Of a DNA stretch of 64,000 nt, positions 9,629 to 19,197 are shown one piece after another. The notes under the pieces are model-generated. The model made no database searches, was not told where the DNA came from, and saw only the letters and a list, made by a program, of their open reading frames with translations. A program made the position numbers and the translations under genes. Position 1 is the first letter of the stretch. Every line of letters begins with the position of its first letter. The DNA is from a bacterium (GTDB taxonomy: Bacteria; Cyanobacteriota; Vampirovibrionia; Gastranaerophilales; JBAXKC01): NCBI GenBank assembly GCA_037137535.1, contig JBAXKC010000006.1, positions 1-64,000 of the forward strand. The letters are read 5' to 3'.

Positions 9629-10423
9629 ATGAGAAAAAATTTAATTTTATTAGTATTTATTTTCTTTATGATAACTTCTTCTGCAATGGCACAAGAAGTT
9701 CCTCCTATTATTATTTTTCCTGTTGATGTTCAAACAATGGGATCAAGCTACAATATTTATCCAAATACTTTAAACTTAATTTCTGGTGATATTTATAATG
9801 CCTTCGCAAAAAAAGGTATAAGCGTTGAATACCCTTTGGAGACGGACAAAAAAATCAATAATTTATTATTAGTTAGTCATTATAATAGATTATTACAGGA
9901 TTTTAAGAATTATCAACTTGTGAATTATCAAGAGTGTAGACTTTTAGCTCAAAAAATAGGAGCTTCTAAAGTTATACTTGTCTCTGGCGGGTATGATGCA
10001 CAGGGGAATATTTTAAAAGAAAGACATTTGCTGGGATATTTTGATTGGTTAACTTATAAAGATTTTACTTCAACTTATAAACTTAATATAACAGTAACTC
10101 TGATTGATCCATACGGTGAAAAAGTAATCAGCGAAAAGAATTTCTCAAAAGAAATCCCTGCTGATAACTTTGCATCGCCTTCTCAGTATTTTGGTGAAAA
10201 TGTTGTACCTATAAAAGAGATTAAAACTTTTTCAAATACAATTGCCTATAGAACTGTATTTGATTACAAGAATGTTTCAACTAAATCTAAAGTAACTAAA
10301 ATTAATACCACGGATGGGTATATGACCACGGATGGTCATTTTAATTCTATGCTTAATTCCTTTGATACTGTTATTCAGAAGAAAAGAGATAATTTTAAAA
10401 CTTGGGTTATGGAAAATTTTTAA
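9629..10423 (+). CDS. Hypothetical exported protein
   Basis: Sec-type signal peptide ending AMA; no family recognised. Confidence 0.75.
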   Translation: MRKNLILLVFIFFMITSSAMAQEVPPIIIFPVDVQTMGSSYNIYPNTLNLISGDIYNAFAKKGISVEYPLETDKKINNLLLVSHYNRLLQDFKNYQLVNYQECRLLAQKIGASKVILVSGGYDAQGNILKERHLLGYFDWLTYKDFTSTYKLNITVTLIDPYGEKVISEKNFSKEIPADNFASPSQYFGENVVPIKEIKTFSNTIAYRTVFDYKNVSTKSKVTKINTTDGYMTTDGHFNSMLNSFDTVIQKKRDNFKTWVMENF

Positions 10424-10473
10424 GAATCTACTTTGATAAAATGCCTATTAATAGACATAGTATTTCTGGTTAA

Positions 10474-10517
10474 ATATTAAAACATTAAAATAAATTAATA
10501 TTTTAATGTTTTAATAT
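10474..10517. repeat. Perfect 19-bp AT-rich inverted repeat
   Basis: ATATTAAAACATTAAAATA-AATTAA-TATTTTAATGTTTTAATAT. Confidence 0.7.
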
Positions 10518-10580
10518 CAATAATTTCCTCTTTTAAACTTAATATATTAGTATTCAGTTTTATTAAAGGGATTTATATTA

Positions 10581-11444
10581 ATGGAAATAAAATCTAATAT
10601 TGTAAATTCTTATAATAAACATTTAAGTGAATCTAAAAAAAATATCAGTTTTCAAGGAATAAAGGCTACATCTGCTTTAGCTTTGCCAATAATTGGATCG
10701 GTAGGTTATCAGACTTATAGAGATTATAAAAATGCTCCAAAAGAAGAGAAGGCTATAATTCTTAAAAAAAGTGCATTAATGCTTGTGGTAACAGGTGGAG
10801 TTACTTTATTGACTGGAAAGATTGGACAATCGTTATTAACTAATAAAAATTTGACTGGTAATATTAAAAATATACTTAAATCTATGCCAATTCCTGAGAG
10901 TAAAACAAATATCAGTAAAAAAATATTTACTAAAGATGGAATTAAGTACACAAAAGATATTCTTGAGGATTTAAGTTTTTCTATAGGTGGAATTATTGCA
11001 GGTATTGTCGGCGGTCAAGCCATCGAGAAAGCTTGTCCGATTAAAAAGAATAATATAAATTTTGCAAAATTAGATCCTGATTTAGAATTTTTATCAAATG
11101 CTGAAAATAGCTGGGATGGAACAGCAAAAGGATATACTTTTAACGGTGTTAAATTTGCAAGTAAATTCAATGCTCCAATGGCAACATTAGCAGGATATTC
11201 AATAGCTAAGCAAGATGGTATGAAAAATAAAATTAAAGCCTCTGTTTATGAAGTTGTTGCAAATATAGCAATTCCAACAATGTTTATTCTTCCTACTTCA
11301 ATGTTAGTTAAAAATCTTTCTAAGACAAAACAGTTTATTGTAATACTTCCTGTTGCTCTTATGAGTTATTTTACAGGTGGAATTATCGGTACTAAGGTGA
11401 ATGATAAACTTTTTAAAGATAAAGTCCAAGCAAAAACAAAATAG
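10581..11444 (+). CDS. Hypothetical membrane protein with N-terminal ISFQG motif
   Basis: Several Gly/Ala-rich hydrophobic helices; hydrophilic N-terminus ending KKNISFQG. Confidence 0.75.
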   Translation: MEIKSNIVNSYNKHLSESKKNISFQGIKATSALALPIIGSVGYQTYRDYKNAPKEEKAIILKKSALMLVVTGGVTLLTGKIGQSLLTNKNLTGNIKNILKSMPIPESKTNISKKIFTKDGIKYTKDILEDLSFSIGGIIAGIVGGQAIEKACPIKKNNINFAKLDPDLEFLSNAENSWDGTAKGYTFNGVKFASKFNAPMATLAGYSIAKQDGMKNKIKASVYEVVANIAIPTMFILPTSMLVKNLSKTKQFIVILPVALMSYFTGGIIGTKVNDKLFKDKVQAKTK

Positions 11445-11543
11445 ATTTTTTAGTTGCTGATTATCTGTTGTAATGGTTGTAAGCTTGATTTACAATCATT
11501 CTTGTATTTAAAATCCAATAAACATCAATAACGGAGAACAATA

Positions 11544-14500
11544 ATGCCCCAACTCACCAGAGGCCATGCAGGAAGTGGTAAGACTCAAAAATTAATAGAA
11601 GATGTTTATGGATTATTAGAAACCATAAGTCCCTATCAAGTATTGGTTTTAGCTCTTACTCCCAGCCAAAAGCAAGAGTTGATAACCTTAAACCATAATA
11701 AAAAGAGTTCAAAATATCTCAATATTTGGTCGGTTGATGAATTATATAAATATATTCTGAAAAAATCTCCTTTGCATTTGGAGAGTAAAACCTTGTCGGA
11801 TTCTCTTGCGATAAATATAATTGGGGCTATTTGTAAGAGTGAATTTATTCAAAATAATGCTCTTAACAGTTTGACTAAGTCTAATGCTTTCTTTAGAGAG
11901 TTATATAACCTTTTTGGGTTGTTTAAAAACAATGAAATAGCCTGTGAAGAGATAGATAAAGCCGTTGATGAAGCAGATATAACAAATACGGACAAAATTA
12001 GACTTCGCATAATCTCAACCGTTTTTAAACGTTATAATGAAACATTAAAGCAATTTAATTATCTTGATTATAGAGATTCAGTTATAGCTTCTATTAAGGC
12101 ACTTGAAGAGAATAAAATTCTTTTAGATACATTGAAATCAAGGTTTAGCCATATTTTTATAGACGGTTTTGAAGATATAACTTATTTACAGTTCAAGTTG
12201 ATAAAATTAATAACTAATCCAGAAAATTTTAATATTTACGGTGACGAATTTTCAAGAATACAGGAATTTAGAGGAGCGTGGAAAGATAGTTTAATTCTTG
12301 ATTCACTGAAAGAACATTTTGGTGATATTAAAGTTACTAATTTAGAATCAGCTCAAAGAAATGCTGAAATATTGCAAAGAGCAATTTGCCTTGTTAAAAA
12401 ATATAATAATGAAGAACAAAATCATGAGTTTGAAAAAGCTGAAAGTATTAAATATATTGAGTTTGAAGATATTCAAGCCGAGGTCTCATACATTGCAGAT
12501 GAGATTTTAGATAAAATCAAAAATGAAAGCCTTAATTTCTCTGATTTTTCGATTTTAATAAGAGATTATGAGTCTAAACAAAAATTTATCGATCTTTTTA
12601 AAACGTACGGTATTCCAATAAATAGCGAATTATACAATGAAGATTATCAGAATTTTAGATTAAAACTTACAAGGTATCTCAATGTATGTAATATTTGTGA
12701 AAAGCTCGGAATTAAAGAGTTTTCGCAAGAGAGTTTTGCTGAAATAAACATAAATTCACGAGCAGAACTTGAATTTATGTTTTCTGAATTAAATTTTTAT
12801 ATTGAAAATATTATATCTGAAGTATTAAAAGACCATTACGCAAAAGACCGCTTTCTAAATATTCTTGAGGAATTTAAAAAGCCATCTTTGGTGAATGTGA
12901 TATATGAAAACATTAGTATTCTAAAAGAAGATGATAAAAAAACTATTTTAGATGAATTTGCAGATTTGAATAAAATTTATCAGAATTATAAAGAAAATAA
13001 ATTTTTTGAACTTGTAGTTTTTGTGGCAAAAAAAGAACGTGAATTACTTAATAATGTTGAATTTAATACTATTTTTAGTAAACTTTTAACAAAAATAAAT
13101 GAATTATGTGATATGTATTCAAACGTAATAAAACAACGAGTGGATTTTAATACGATTAATGAGCTAATAAATTTATCATTTGAAGAACAATCTGATATGC
13201 AAAACTCTGTAAATCTTTTGACTTTCTTTAAAACAGGCGGTTTAGAGTTTGAATACGTTTATATTCCTTGTCTTACAGAAAATAATTTCCCTAAGAAATC
13301 TAAATCAACATATTTTATTTCGCCTGATGCAAATGAAAAACTTTCTACTTTGCTTAGAAAGTCAAATATAAACTTCAAAAATCTTATAGAGCTTGATGAA
13401 GAGGGAATTGAAGAAGAATCAAGGCTTTTTTATCTTGGAATGACAAGAGCAAAAACAAAATTACTTATTTCTACGCATAAATATGAGGAAAAAAAACAGG
13501 TTCAGCCGTCAATTTTCTTTCAAATGCTTGTAGATAAAGATAATAAAAATTTTATTCAGTATGAAGCCGACAACGTCAAAAATATTGATAGTTTTAATTT
13601 TAATACGCAAGAAACAGAAAAAATTGAAAAATTAAAGGTAATTGACGAAAATGAGATTTTAAAACTTAATCCTTCCTCAATTGGGAATTTTCTGTCTTGT
13701 CCCAGAAAATTTTATTATAAAAATTTATTGAACTTAAAAGAAAAAAGTAATTTTTCAGCAAGTTATGGCTCGATTGTTCATGCGGTTTTAGAAGTTTTTA
13801 ATAATAGCTGTCTTGATAAATATAATAAAGAAAACCTGTTAAAACTCACTGATGTTTTATTTGAGAGTAAAAATAAACCTGAATCTGCAATTAATATTGG
13901 ATTTAAAGAAAGAGATATCGAACTTATAACAGCTTCGGAGGATTTAAATCTTGCTGAAATGAAAGCGAATTTTTATGATGCTGTTGATAACTTAGAATTA
14001 AACAATTTTTTTAATGAAATTCCTGAAAAAATATTTACTGAAAAAGGTTTTGAATATACTCTTGAAGAGCTTAAAAATGTTTTATTTGACGGAAGAGTTG
14101 ACGCAATTTATAAATATGACGAATCTTATTGCGTTTTTGATTATAAAACAGGAAAAAACAAGAAAAAACCTCTTAGTTATTATTTGAGTGATTATGGTGT
14201 GAATTTTGAGGGTGATTATAAACAATATAAGGGAGTTTTTAACGAAAAAAACATTGCTTCATATGAATATCAAATTCCTCTATATTATCTCGCCTGCCAA
14301 AATTCTAAAGAACTTGAATCCTTTAAAGATAAGGTCGAAGTGCTGGGGTTAAAATATATCCGCCCAATCACCAAAGATGACGGATATAAAGAAGATTTGA
14401 TAACTTCCTCTGAAATTGAAACGCGTAGAGAAAAACTTATTAATAATCTTAAAGAAACTGTTGTTGATAAAATAAGAACAGAAGCAGAGTTTAAAAAAAT

Positions 14501-14582
14501 AGATACAGGCTGGAATTGCGCTAACTGTTCATTTGGTTTTCTATGCGATAAAGAAGAGGGCAATGATGAAGACGAAGAATAA
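11544..14582 (+). CDS. AddB/AdnA-like subunit: degenerate UvrD motor plus PD-(D/E)XK nuclease with Fe-S cysteines
   Basis: GHAGSGKT, IDGFED, GGLEFEYVYIP, EESRLFYLGMTRAK; GRVD..FDYKTG..YQIPLY; SCPRK + CANCSFGFLC. Confidence 0.85.
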   Translation: MPQLTRGHAGSGKTQKLIEDVYGLLETISPYQVLVLALTPSQKQELITLNHNKKSSKYLNIWSVDELYKYILKKSPLHLESKTLSDSLAINIIGAICKSEFIQNNALNSLTKSNAFFRELYNLFGLFKNNEIACEEIDKAVDEADITNTDKIRLRIISTVFKRYNETLKQFNYLDYRDSVIASIKALEENKILLDTLKSRFSHIFIDGFEDITYLQFKLIKLITNPENFNIYGDEFSRIQEFRGAWKDSLILDSLKEHFGDIKVTNLESAQRNAEILQRAICLVKKYNNEEQNHEFEKAESIKYIEFEDIQAEVSYIADEILDKIKNESLNFSDFSILIRDYESKQKFIDLFKTYGIPINSELYNEDYQNFRLKLTRYLNVCNICEKLGIKEFSQESFAEININSRAELEFMFSELNFYIENIISEVLKDHYAKDRFLNILEEFKKPSLVNVIYENISILKEDDKKTILDEFADLNKIYQNYKENKFFELVVFVAKKERELLNNVEFNTIFSKLLTKINELCDMYSNVIKQRVDFNTINELINLSFEEQSDMQNSVNLLTFFKTGGLEFEYVYIPCLTENNFPKKSKSTYFISPDANEKLSTLLRKSNINFKNLIELDEEGIEEESRLFYLGMTRAKTKLLISTHKYEEKKQVQPSIFFQMLVDKDNKNFIQYEADNVKNIDSFNFNTQETEKIEKLKVIDENEILKLNPSSIGNFLSCPRKFYYKNLLNLKEKSNFSASYGSIVHAVLEVFNNSCLDKYNKENLLKLTDVLFESKNKPESAINIGFKERDIELITASEDLNLAEMKANFYDAVDNLELNNFFNEIPEKIFTEKGFEYTLEELKNVLFDGRVDAIYKYDESYCVFDYKTGKNKKKPLSYYLSDYGVNFEGDYKQYKGVFNEKNIASYEYQIPLYYLACQNSKELESFKDKVEVLGLKYIRPITKDDGYKEDLITSSEIETRREKLINNLKETVVDKIRTEAEFKKIDTGWNCANCSFGFLCDKEEGNDEDEE

Positions 14583-17500
14583 AATCGACATAACCGAAGG
14601 ATTAAATGAACAACAGAAACAAGCTGTTTTAAATCCGATTAATCATTGCACAAAAATAGTTGCAGGAGCAGGAACAGGCAAAACTAAGATTATATCTAAG
14701 CGATTCGTTAAACTTGTTAATGATTTGATTGATGAAAACATTGAAAATCCTGCTACAAGGCTTCTTGTAATAACTTTTACAGACAAAGCCGCTAATGAAA
14801 TGAAAGGGCGGATTGTTCAAGAGCTAAAAGGCAATAATATCGATTGTTTGGGGCAAGATTTATGGATTTCTACTTTTCATAGTTTTTGTAGCAGAATTTT
14901 AAGAAAACATTCCATTGAGGTCAATCTTTCGCCATCTCTAAAAATGGGCGAAGAAAAACAGCTAAAAGATATATTTGACAATATTATAAAGAAAATCAAA
15001 TATGATGAAGTCAATACAATTGAGGGCTTTGAAGAAACAGCTACATCATTAGATTTGACAACAGAGCTTTTAAGCATTAATAGCATTAATAAACTCAGTA
15101 AAATTAATGATTTAGATATTATATTTGATGATATTTTTTCTGTAATTAAAAAGATAAAATCACTTGGTATTGAGGCAAAAGAATTTCTTGAAAAGTCGAC
15201 AATATCAATAAAAAACTATTCACAAACAATAAAAACACTTCCATTCCATTTAGAGTCTAAAGATGATTTTATAATTGAATGGGAAAAGCACTTAAATGCA
15301 TATTCAGACGATTTTTGCCAATTTGAAAACTATATAATGAATGCAAAAGGCAAAGAAGAAGATAAGGGCGCTTTTCAAGCTATTGCCGCTGCAAAACTGA
15401 TTTTAGACAAGCAGGGTAAATCTAAAGCAGCTTTTTGGGTTGAAGCAGCTGCTTTTCCTCAAAATATTGACAAAATAGAAGAAATTGAGCTTCATTTTAC
15501 TAAAATTGTTGCATTAATTTATGCTGTTTATCAAAAGGAGCTTGAAAAACTTGATTTAGTTGATTTTGACGATCTTATAAATAAAACTATTCAAATATTA
15601 AAGCAAAATGAAGTAATCAGATTATATTATCAGAAATTGTTTAAACATCTTATTATAGATGAGTTTCAAGATACTAACGGCTCTCAGCTCGAGCTAATAA
15701 AACTTTTGATTGATAATAATGAAGCTAATGTTACTTTTGTAGGTGATAGAAAGCAGTCTATATATGGGTTTCGATTTGCTCAAATGGAAAATCTTGAAGT
15801 TTTACATAATCATGTCGAGAAAAAATACAAAAAGAAATATCCTGAAATAAAACTTATTACAAATTATCGCTCAACACCGCATGTTTTAGATGCGGTAAAC
15901 CATGTAACGACAGATGCTCTTACTCTTGACGAAAAACTATTTGAAAATCCTTATAAAACCTATGATTTGAAAAATAAACACGTTAAAACTACTACATTAA
16001 GTGGTTTTGATGATGCCCAAAGTCATAAGACAGCTGAAGCAAAATATATTGCAAGTGAAATTATAAGACTTAAAAAAGAAGAAACTGCAAAATTCAAAGA
16101 TATTGCAATACTTGTTAAATCTCACTCGCAGGCTGAAATAATCGAAAAACAACTCACAGAAGCAGGTATTCCTTCAATTAAAAAAGTAAACACAGGCTTT
16201 TTTCTCAATCCTATAATTAGAAATGTCACAGCATTACTAAGATTGGCAAAAAATATTCGTGATGAGATTGCTTTAACAAGGATTTTAAATATAAATCTCT
16301 CTGATAGAGAATTATATAAACTAAAAATTGAAGCAGATAAAGAAGTCCTTAAAACAAAAGAGTTTAATGAACTTAGAAAACTTAATTTAGCTGAAAAACT
16401 GACCTATATTAAAGAAAGTGATCTTCTTAGTTATCTTAATATAGATGAAAATACTAAATCTTACTTAAATGTGATTTTTGAAACGCTTATTGCAATTACC
16501 AAGCAAAAAAACACCTTATCACTTTTGCAGATTTATTATAAATTGATAAATGAAATTAAACCTTATCATAACCTTATGGGGGTTGAGCAGTACAGGGCAG
16601 AGCTTAATTTAAGGATTTTTGAGAAGATAATTGCTGATTTTATGCAAGGTGAAAACTATGTAAGTATAAGCAGTTTCCTTGAATATATTGATAAAATAAA
16701 AGATGATAGAAGTTTTGAGTTGCCTATTCTAGCAGTTAAAGATATTGATGCTGTTCAGATTATAACTGTTCACGCCAGTAAGGGGCTTGAGTTTTCTTAT
16801 ACCTTTGTAACCAGTATTTCCACAAGTTCAAAAGGCGGAAGTGATTCAGCAACTGTTTCTTTTGATCTTCAATATGGAAACAAACCCGGATTTGGAATAA
16901 TTGTACATAAATTTGAAGGAAAGCCAACACCAAAAGCACTTTTATATAAAGAAATATGGAAAAAACCTAGAGAAAAAAATGAAGCGCTTAGATTGTTTTA
17001 TGTTGCAGTAAGTAGAGCAGAGAAGTATCTGAATATTTTAAATTTTGAACCTTATAAAACCTCAAAACCTGCTGAATATACAATAAATTTTCCTATGACT
17101 ATATTAAATGAAAAAATTGATAGTGAAGAAATTATTATTGAGAAGCAAGAGTTAAATCACTATTCACTTGCAGAAGCTACTAAAATTATTGATGCTAAGG
17201 TTGAAATTCCAATAATTAATCAGACTGATTATAAAATGAGTTTCAGTCAGATATATGCGTTTAACCATTGCTCAAATAAATATTTATTTAAATATAAATA
17301 CAGATATCCCGAATATGCTGTTGAAAAAGAATCTTCTGTTATTGGAAGTATCGTTCATAATTTAATTTATAGCAGTTATCTTAATAATAAAGTCTTTAAA
17401 CAATCGGATATTCCTGATTTTTTATCGGGTCTTTCACCTAATAGCAAAGATTTAACAAGAATAAACAGTTTATATTCTTCATTTTTAAACTCTGATTATT

Positions 17501-17937
17501 CTCCCGAAAAATTAGCTGCAAAAGAAATATTTCCTGAACGAAGTTTTAATTTTACTCATGTCGTTAAAGGTAAAAATATTGAATTTACAGGAGATATAGA
17601 TCTTTTAATTAAACATTTGGATAATACATATTCAATTATTGATTTTAAAACCAATAAAAATATAGAAAAGTCGCTTTTTGATTATTATAAACAGCTTTAT
17701 TTGTATAAAATGGCTTTAATTAATGAGGGCTTAAAAATTAATGAGTTGAAAATTATTAATCTCACAGAAGATAAAACTAAAATTTTCGAGCCAAAAGATA
17801 AAGAATTAATTCAAGTTAAAACTGTTTTTGAGGAAGAAATAAATAACATTATTAATTTATCCTGCAATCCGTTATGTCTAAAGAAAGATAATGACGAAAA
17901 ATGTTATGATTGCGGCTATAGTTATTTATGCCCTTGA
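14563..17937 (+). CDS. AddA/AdnB-like ATP-dependent UvrD-type helicase plus PD-(D/E)XK nuclease
   Basis: AGAGTGKT, ITFTDKAANEM, STFHSFC, IDEFQDTN, VGDRKQSIYGFR, TVHASKGLEF, LFYVAVSRAE; GDIDL..IDFKT..QLYLY; HCSNK + CYDCGYSYLC. Start at ATG 14563 after AAGAGGG. Confidence 0.9.
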   Translation: MMKTKNKIDITEGLNEQQKQAVLNPINHCTKIVAGAGTGKTKIISKRFVKLVNDLIDENIENPATRLLVITFTDKAANEMKGRIVQELKGNNIDCLGQDLWISTFHSFCSRILRKHSIEVNLSPSLKMGEEKQLKDIFDNIIKKIKYDEVNTIEGFEETATSLDLTTELLSINSINKLSKINDLDIIFDDIFSVIKKIKSLGIEAKEFLEKSTISIKNYSQTIKTLPFHLESKDDFIIEWEKHLNAYSDDFCQFENYIMNAKGKEEDKGAFQAIAAAKLILDKQGKSKAAFWVEAAAFPQNIDKIEEIELHFTKIVALIYAVYQKELEKLDLVDFDDLINKTIQILKQNEVIRLYYQKLFKHLIIDEFQDTNGSQLELIKLLIDNNEANVTFVGDRKQSIYGFRFAQMENLEVLHNHVEKKYKKKYPEIKLITNYRSTPHVLDAVNHVTTDALTLDEKLFENPYKTYDLKNKHVKTTTLSGFDDAQSHKTAEAKYIASEIIRLKKEETAKFKDIAILVKSHSQAEIIEKQLTEAGIPSIKKVNTGFFLNPIIRNVTALLRLAKNIRDEIALTRILNINLSDRELYKLKIEADKEVLKTKEFNELRKLNLAEKLTYIKESDLLSYLNIDENTKSYLNVIFETLIAITKQKNTLSLLQIYYKLINEIKPYHNLMGVEQYRAELNLRIFEKIIADFMQGENYVSISSFLEYIDKIKDDRSFELPILAVKDIDAVQIITVHASKGLEFSYTFVTSISTSSKGGSDSATVSFDLQYGNKPGFGIIVHKFEGKPTPKALLYKEIWKKPREKNEALRLFYVAVSRAEKYLNILNFEPYKTSKPAEYTINFPMTILNEKIDSEEIIIEKQELNHYSLAEATKIIDAKVEIPIINQTDYKMSFSQIYAFNHCSNKYLFKYKYRYPEYAVEKESSVIGSIVHNLIYSSYLNNKVFKQSDIPDFLSGLSPNSKDLTRINSLYSSFLNSDYSPEKLAAKEIFPERSFNFTHVVKGKNIEFTGDIDLLIKHLDNTYSIIDFKTNKNIEKSLFDYYKQLYLYKMALINEGLKINELKIINLTEDKTKIFEPKDKELIQVKTVFEEEINNIINLSCNPLCLKKDNDEKCYDCGYSYLCP

Positions 17938-17938
17938 T

Positions 17939-18409
17939 TTATTTAAGAAATTCGTCAAAAGTTTTTTCGGGATTGATTTTAAACCCGCAATAATCAGGTA
18001 ATTGAACTCCCCACTTGACTTTATAATGAGGGTATTTTCTGCACATTTTTAATCTGTTCTTATAATCTGTACAAAGTCCGTCTTTGCCTATTAAATTACA
18101 GGCAAATATAAAATTACCTTGTTCGTCCTTATCGACAATATTAAAGCGTTTATATTTCGGAAAAAACTTTTTCATTAACTTGAAATCATCTTCTTCGTAA
18201 GTGTCAAAGCTATACATTCGTCTGCAACATTCACCACATTTTTTACAATTGCCCGTAATTGAGTAATTGACTTTTTGTGGCACAAATAACGACCAAAGTT
18301 CATAGTAAAAAACTTTGAAGCTATCTATTATTTTTTTGAAAATAAAACTTAATATATTCATAAAATTTACAAAACTATAATTATCCTTTAAAATAAGAGC
18401 TATTCTCAA
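17939..18409 (-). CDS. YkgJ/FliB-like cysteine-cluster protein
   Basis: CKKCGECC...CNLI..CTDYKNRLKMCRKYP; start uncertain. Confidence 0.8.
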   Translation of the reverse strand: MRIALILKDNYSFVNFMNILSFIFKKIIDSFKVFYYELWSLFVPQKVNYSITGNCKKCGECCRRMYSFDTYEEDDFKLMKKFFPKYKRFNIVDKDEQGNFIFACNLIGKDGLCTDYKNRLKMCRKYPHYKVKWGVQLPDYCGFKINPEKTFDEFLK

Positions 18410-18528
18410 AAAAACCTTATAATATATATTGTATCAAAAGTCATCTACATCATTTAATGGATGAAACAATACTAAAGTTTTAAATATTATTATTATACCA
18501 ACATTTTAAAATTGGAGTTGTTTTTATA

Positions 18529-19092
18529 GTGAGAGCAAAAATATTATCAATTTTCTTGATAGTCTTATCAGTAGTTAGCCTTATATTTAACTTCCAAAAT
18601 GTGGCCAATGCACAAAAAACGCTTATTGGTCCGACTTTGGGCGGTATTTCATCAGGTTATGGAATGAGAGTTCATCCTATATCAGGACATTCAAAATTTC
18701 ACTATGGAATAGATATTGCATCTCCATACGGTTCACCAATTTATGCGCTACAAGAAGGTATAGTTACTTTTGCAGGTGAAAGTGGCGGTTATGGTACTTG
18801 TATAAGAATCGATCATTTTTATCAGGATGTGCCTCAAATACCTAGAGTTGAAATTACATACGGGCATAATTCTGTAAACTTTGTAAAAAGAGGTGATTAT
18901 GTCAGGCCCGGCATGGTTGTCGGGCTTGTAGGCTCAACAGGTAATTCAACAGGACCGCATTTGCATTTTGAAGTCAAATATAAAGGAAGTACTTTAGATC
19001 CTATTGAATATTTAACAAAACTCCCGTCTTATCTTGACTATGTCGCTCAAGTAAGAGCAAGTAGGTCAAATGGATATTCCAGATATAGATAA
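18529..19092 (+). CDS. M23-family peptidoglycan endopeptidase
   Basis: HYGIDIA, YGHNS, GSTGNSTGPHLHFEV; signal peptide. Confidence 0.92.
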   Translation: MRAKILSIFLIVLSVVSLIFNFQNVANAQKTLIGPTLGGISSGYGMRVHPISGHSKFHYGIDIASPYGSPIYALQEGIVTFAGESGGYGTCIRIDHFYQDVPQIPRVEITYGHNSVNFVKRGDYVRPGMVVGLVGSTGNSTGPHLHFEVKYKGSTLDPIEYLTKLPSYLDYVAQVRASRSNGYSRYR

Positions 19093-19110
19093 TTGATGAA
19101 TTATTATAAT

Positions 19111-19144
19111 AACCGCCTTGCTTACTTTGAAAAGGCGGTTTTTT
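19111..19144 (+). terminator. Intrinsic terminator
   Basis: AACCGCCTT/AAGGCGGTT followed by T-run. Confidence 0.8.
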
Positions 19145-19197
19145 AGTGCTATATTAAAGTAGAAAATGCTAAGCTTAATATATAACTGAGGTTTAAA

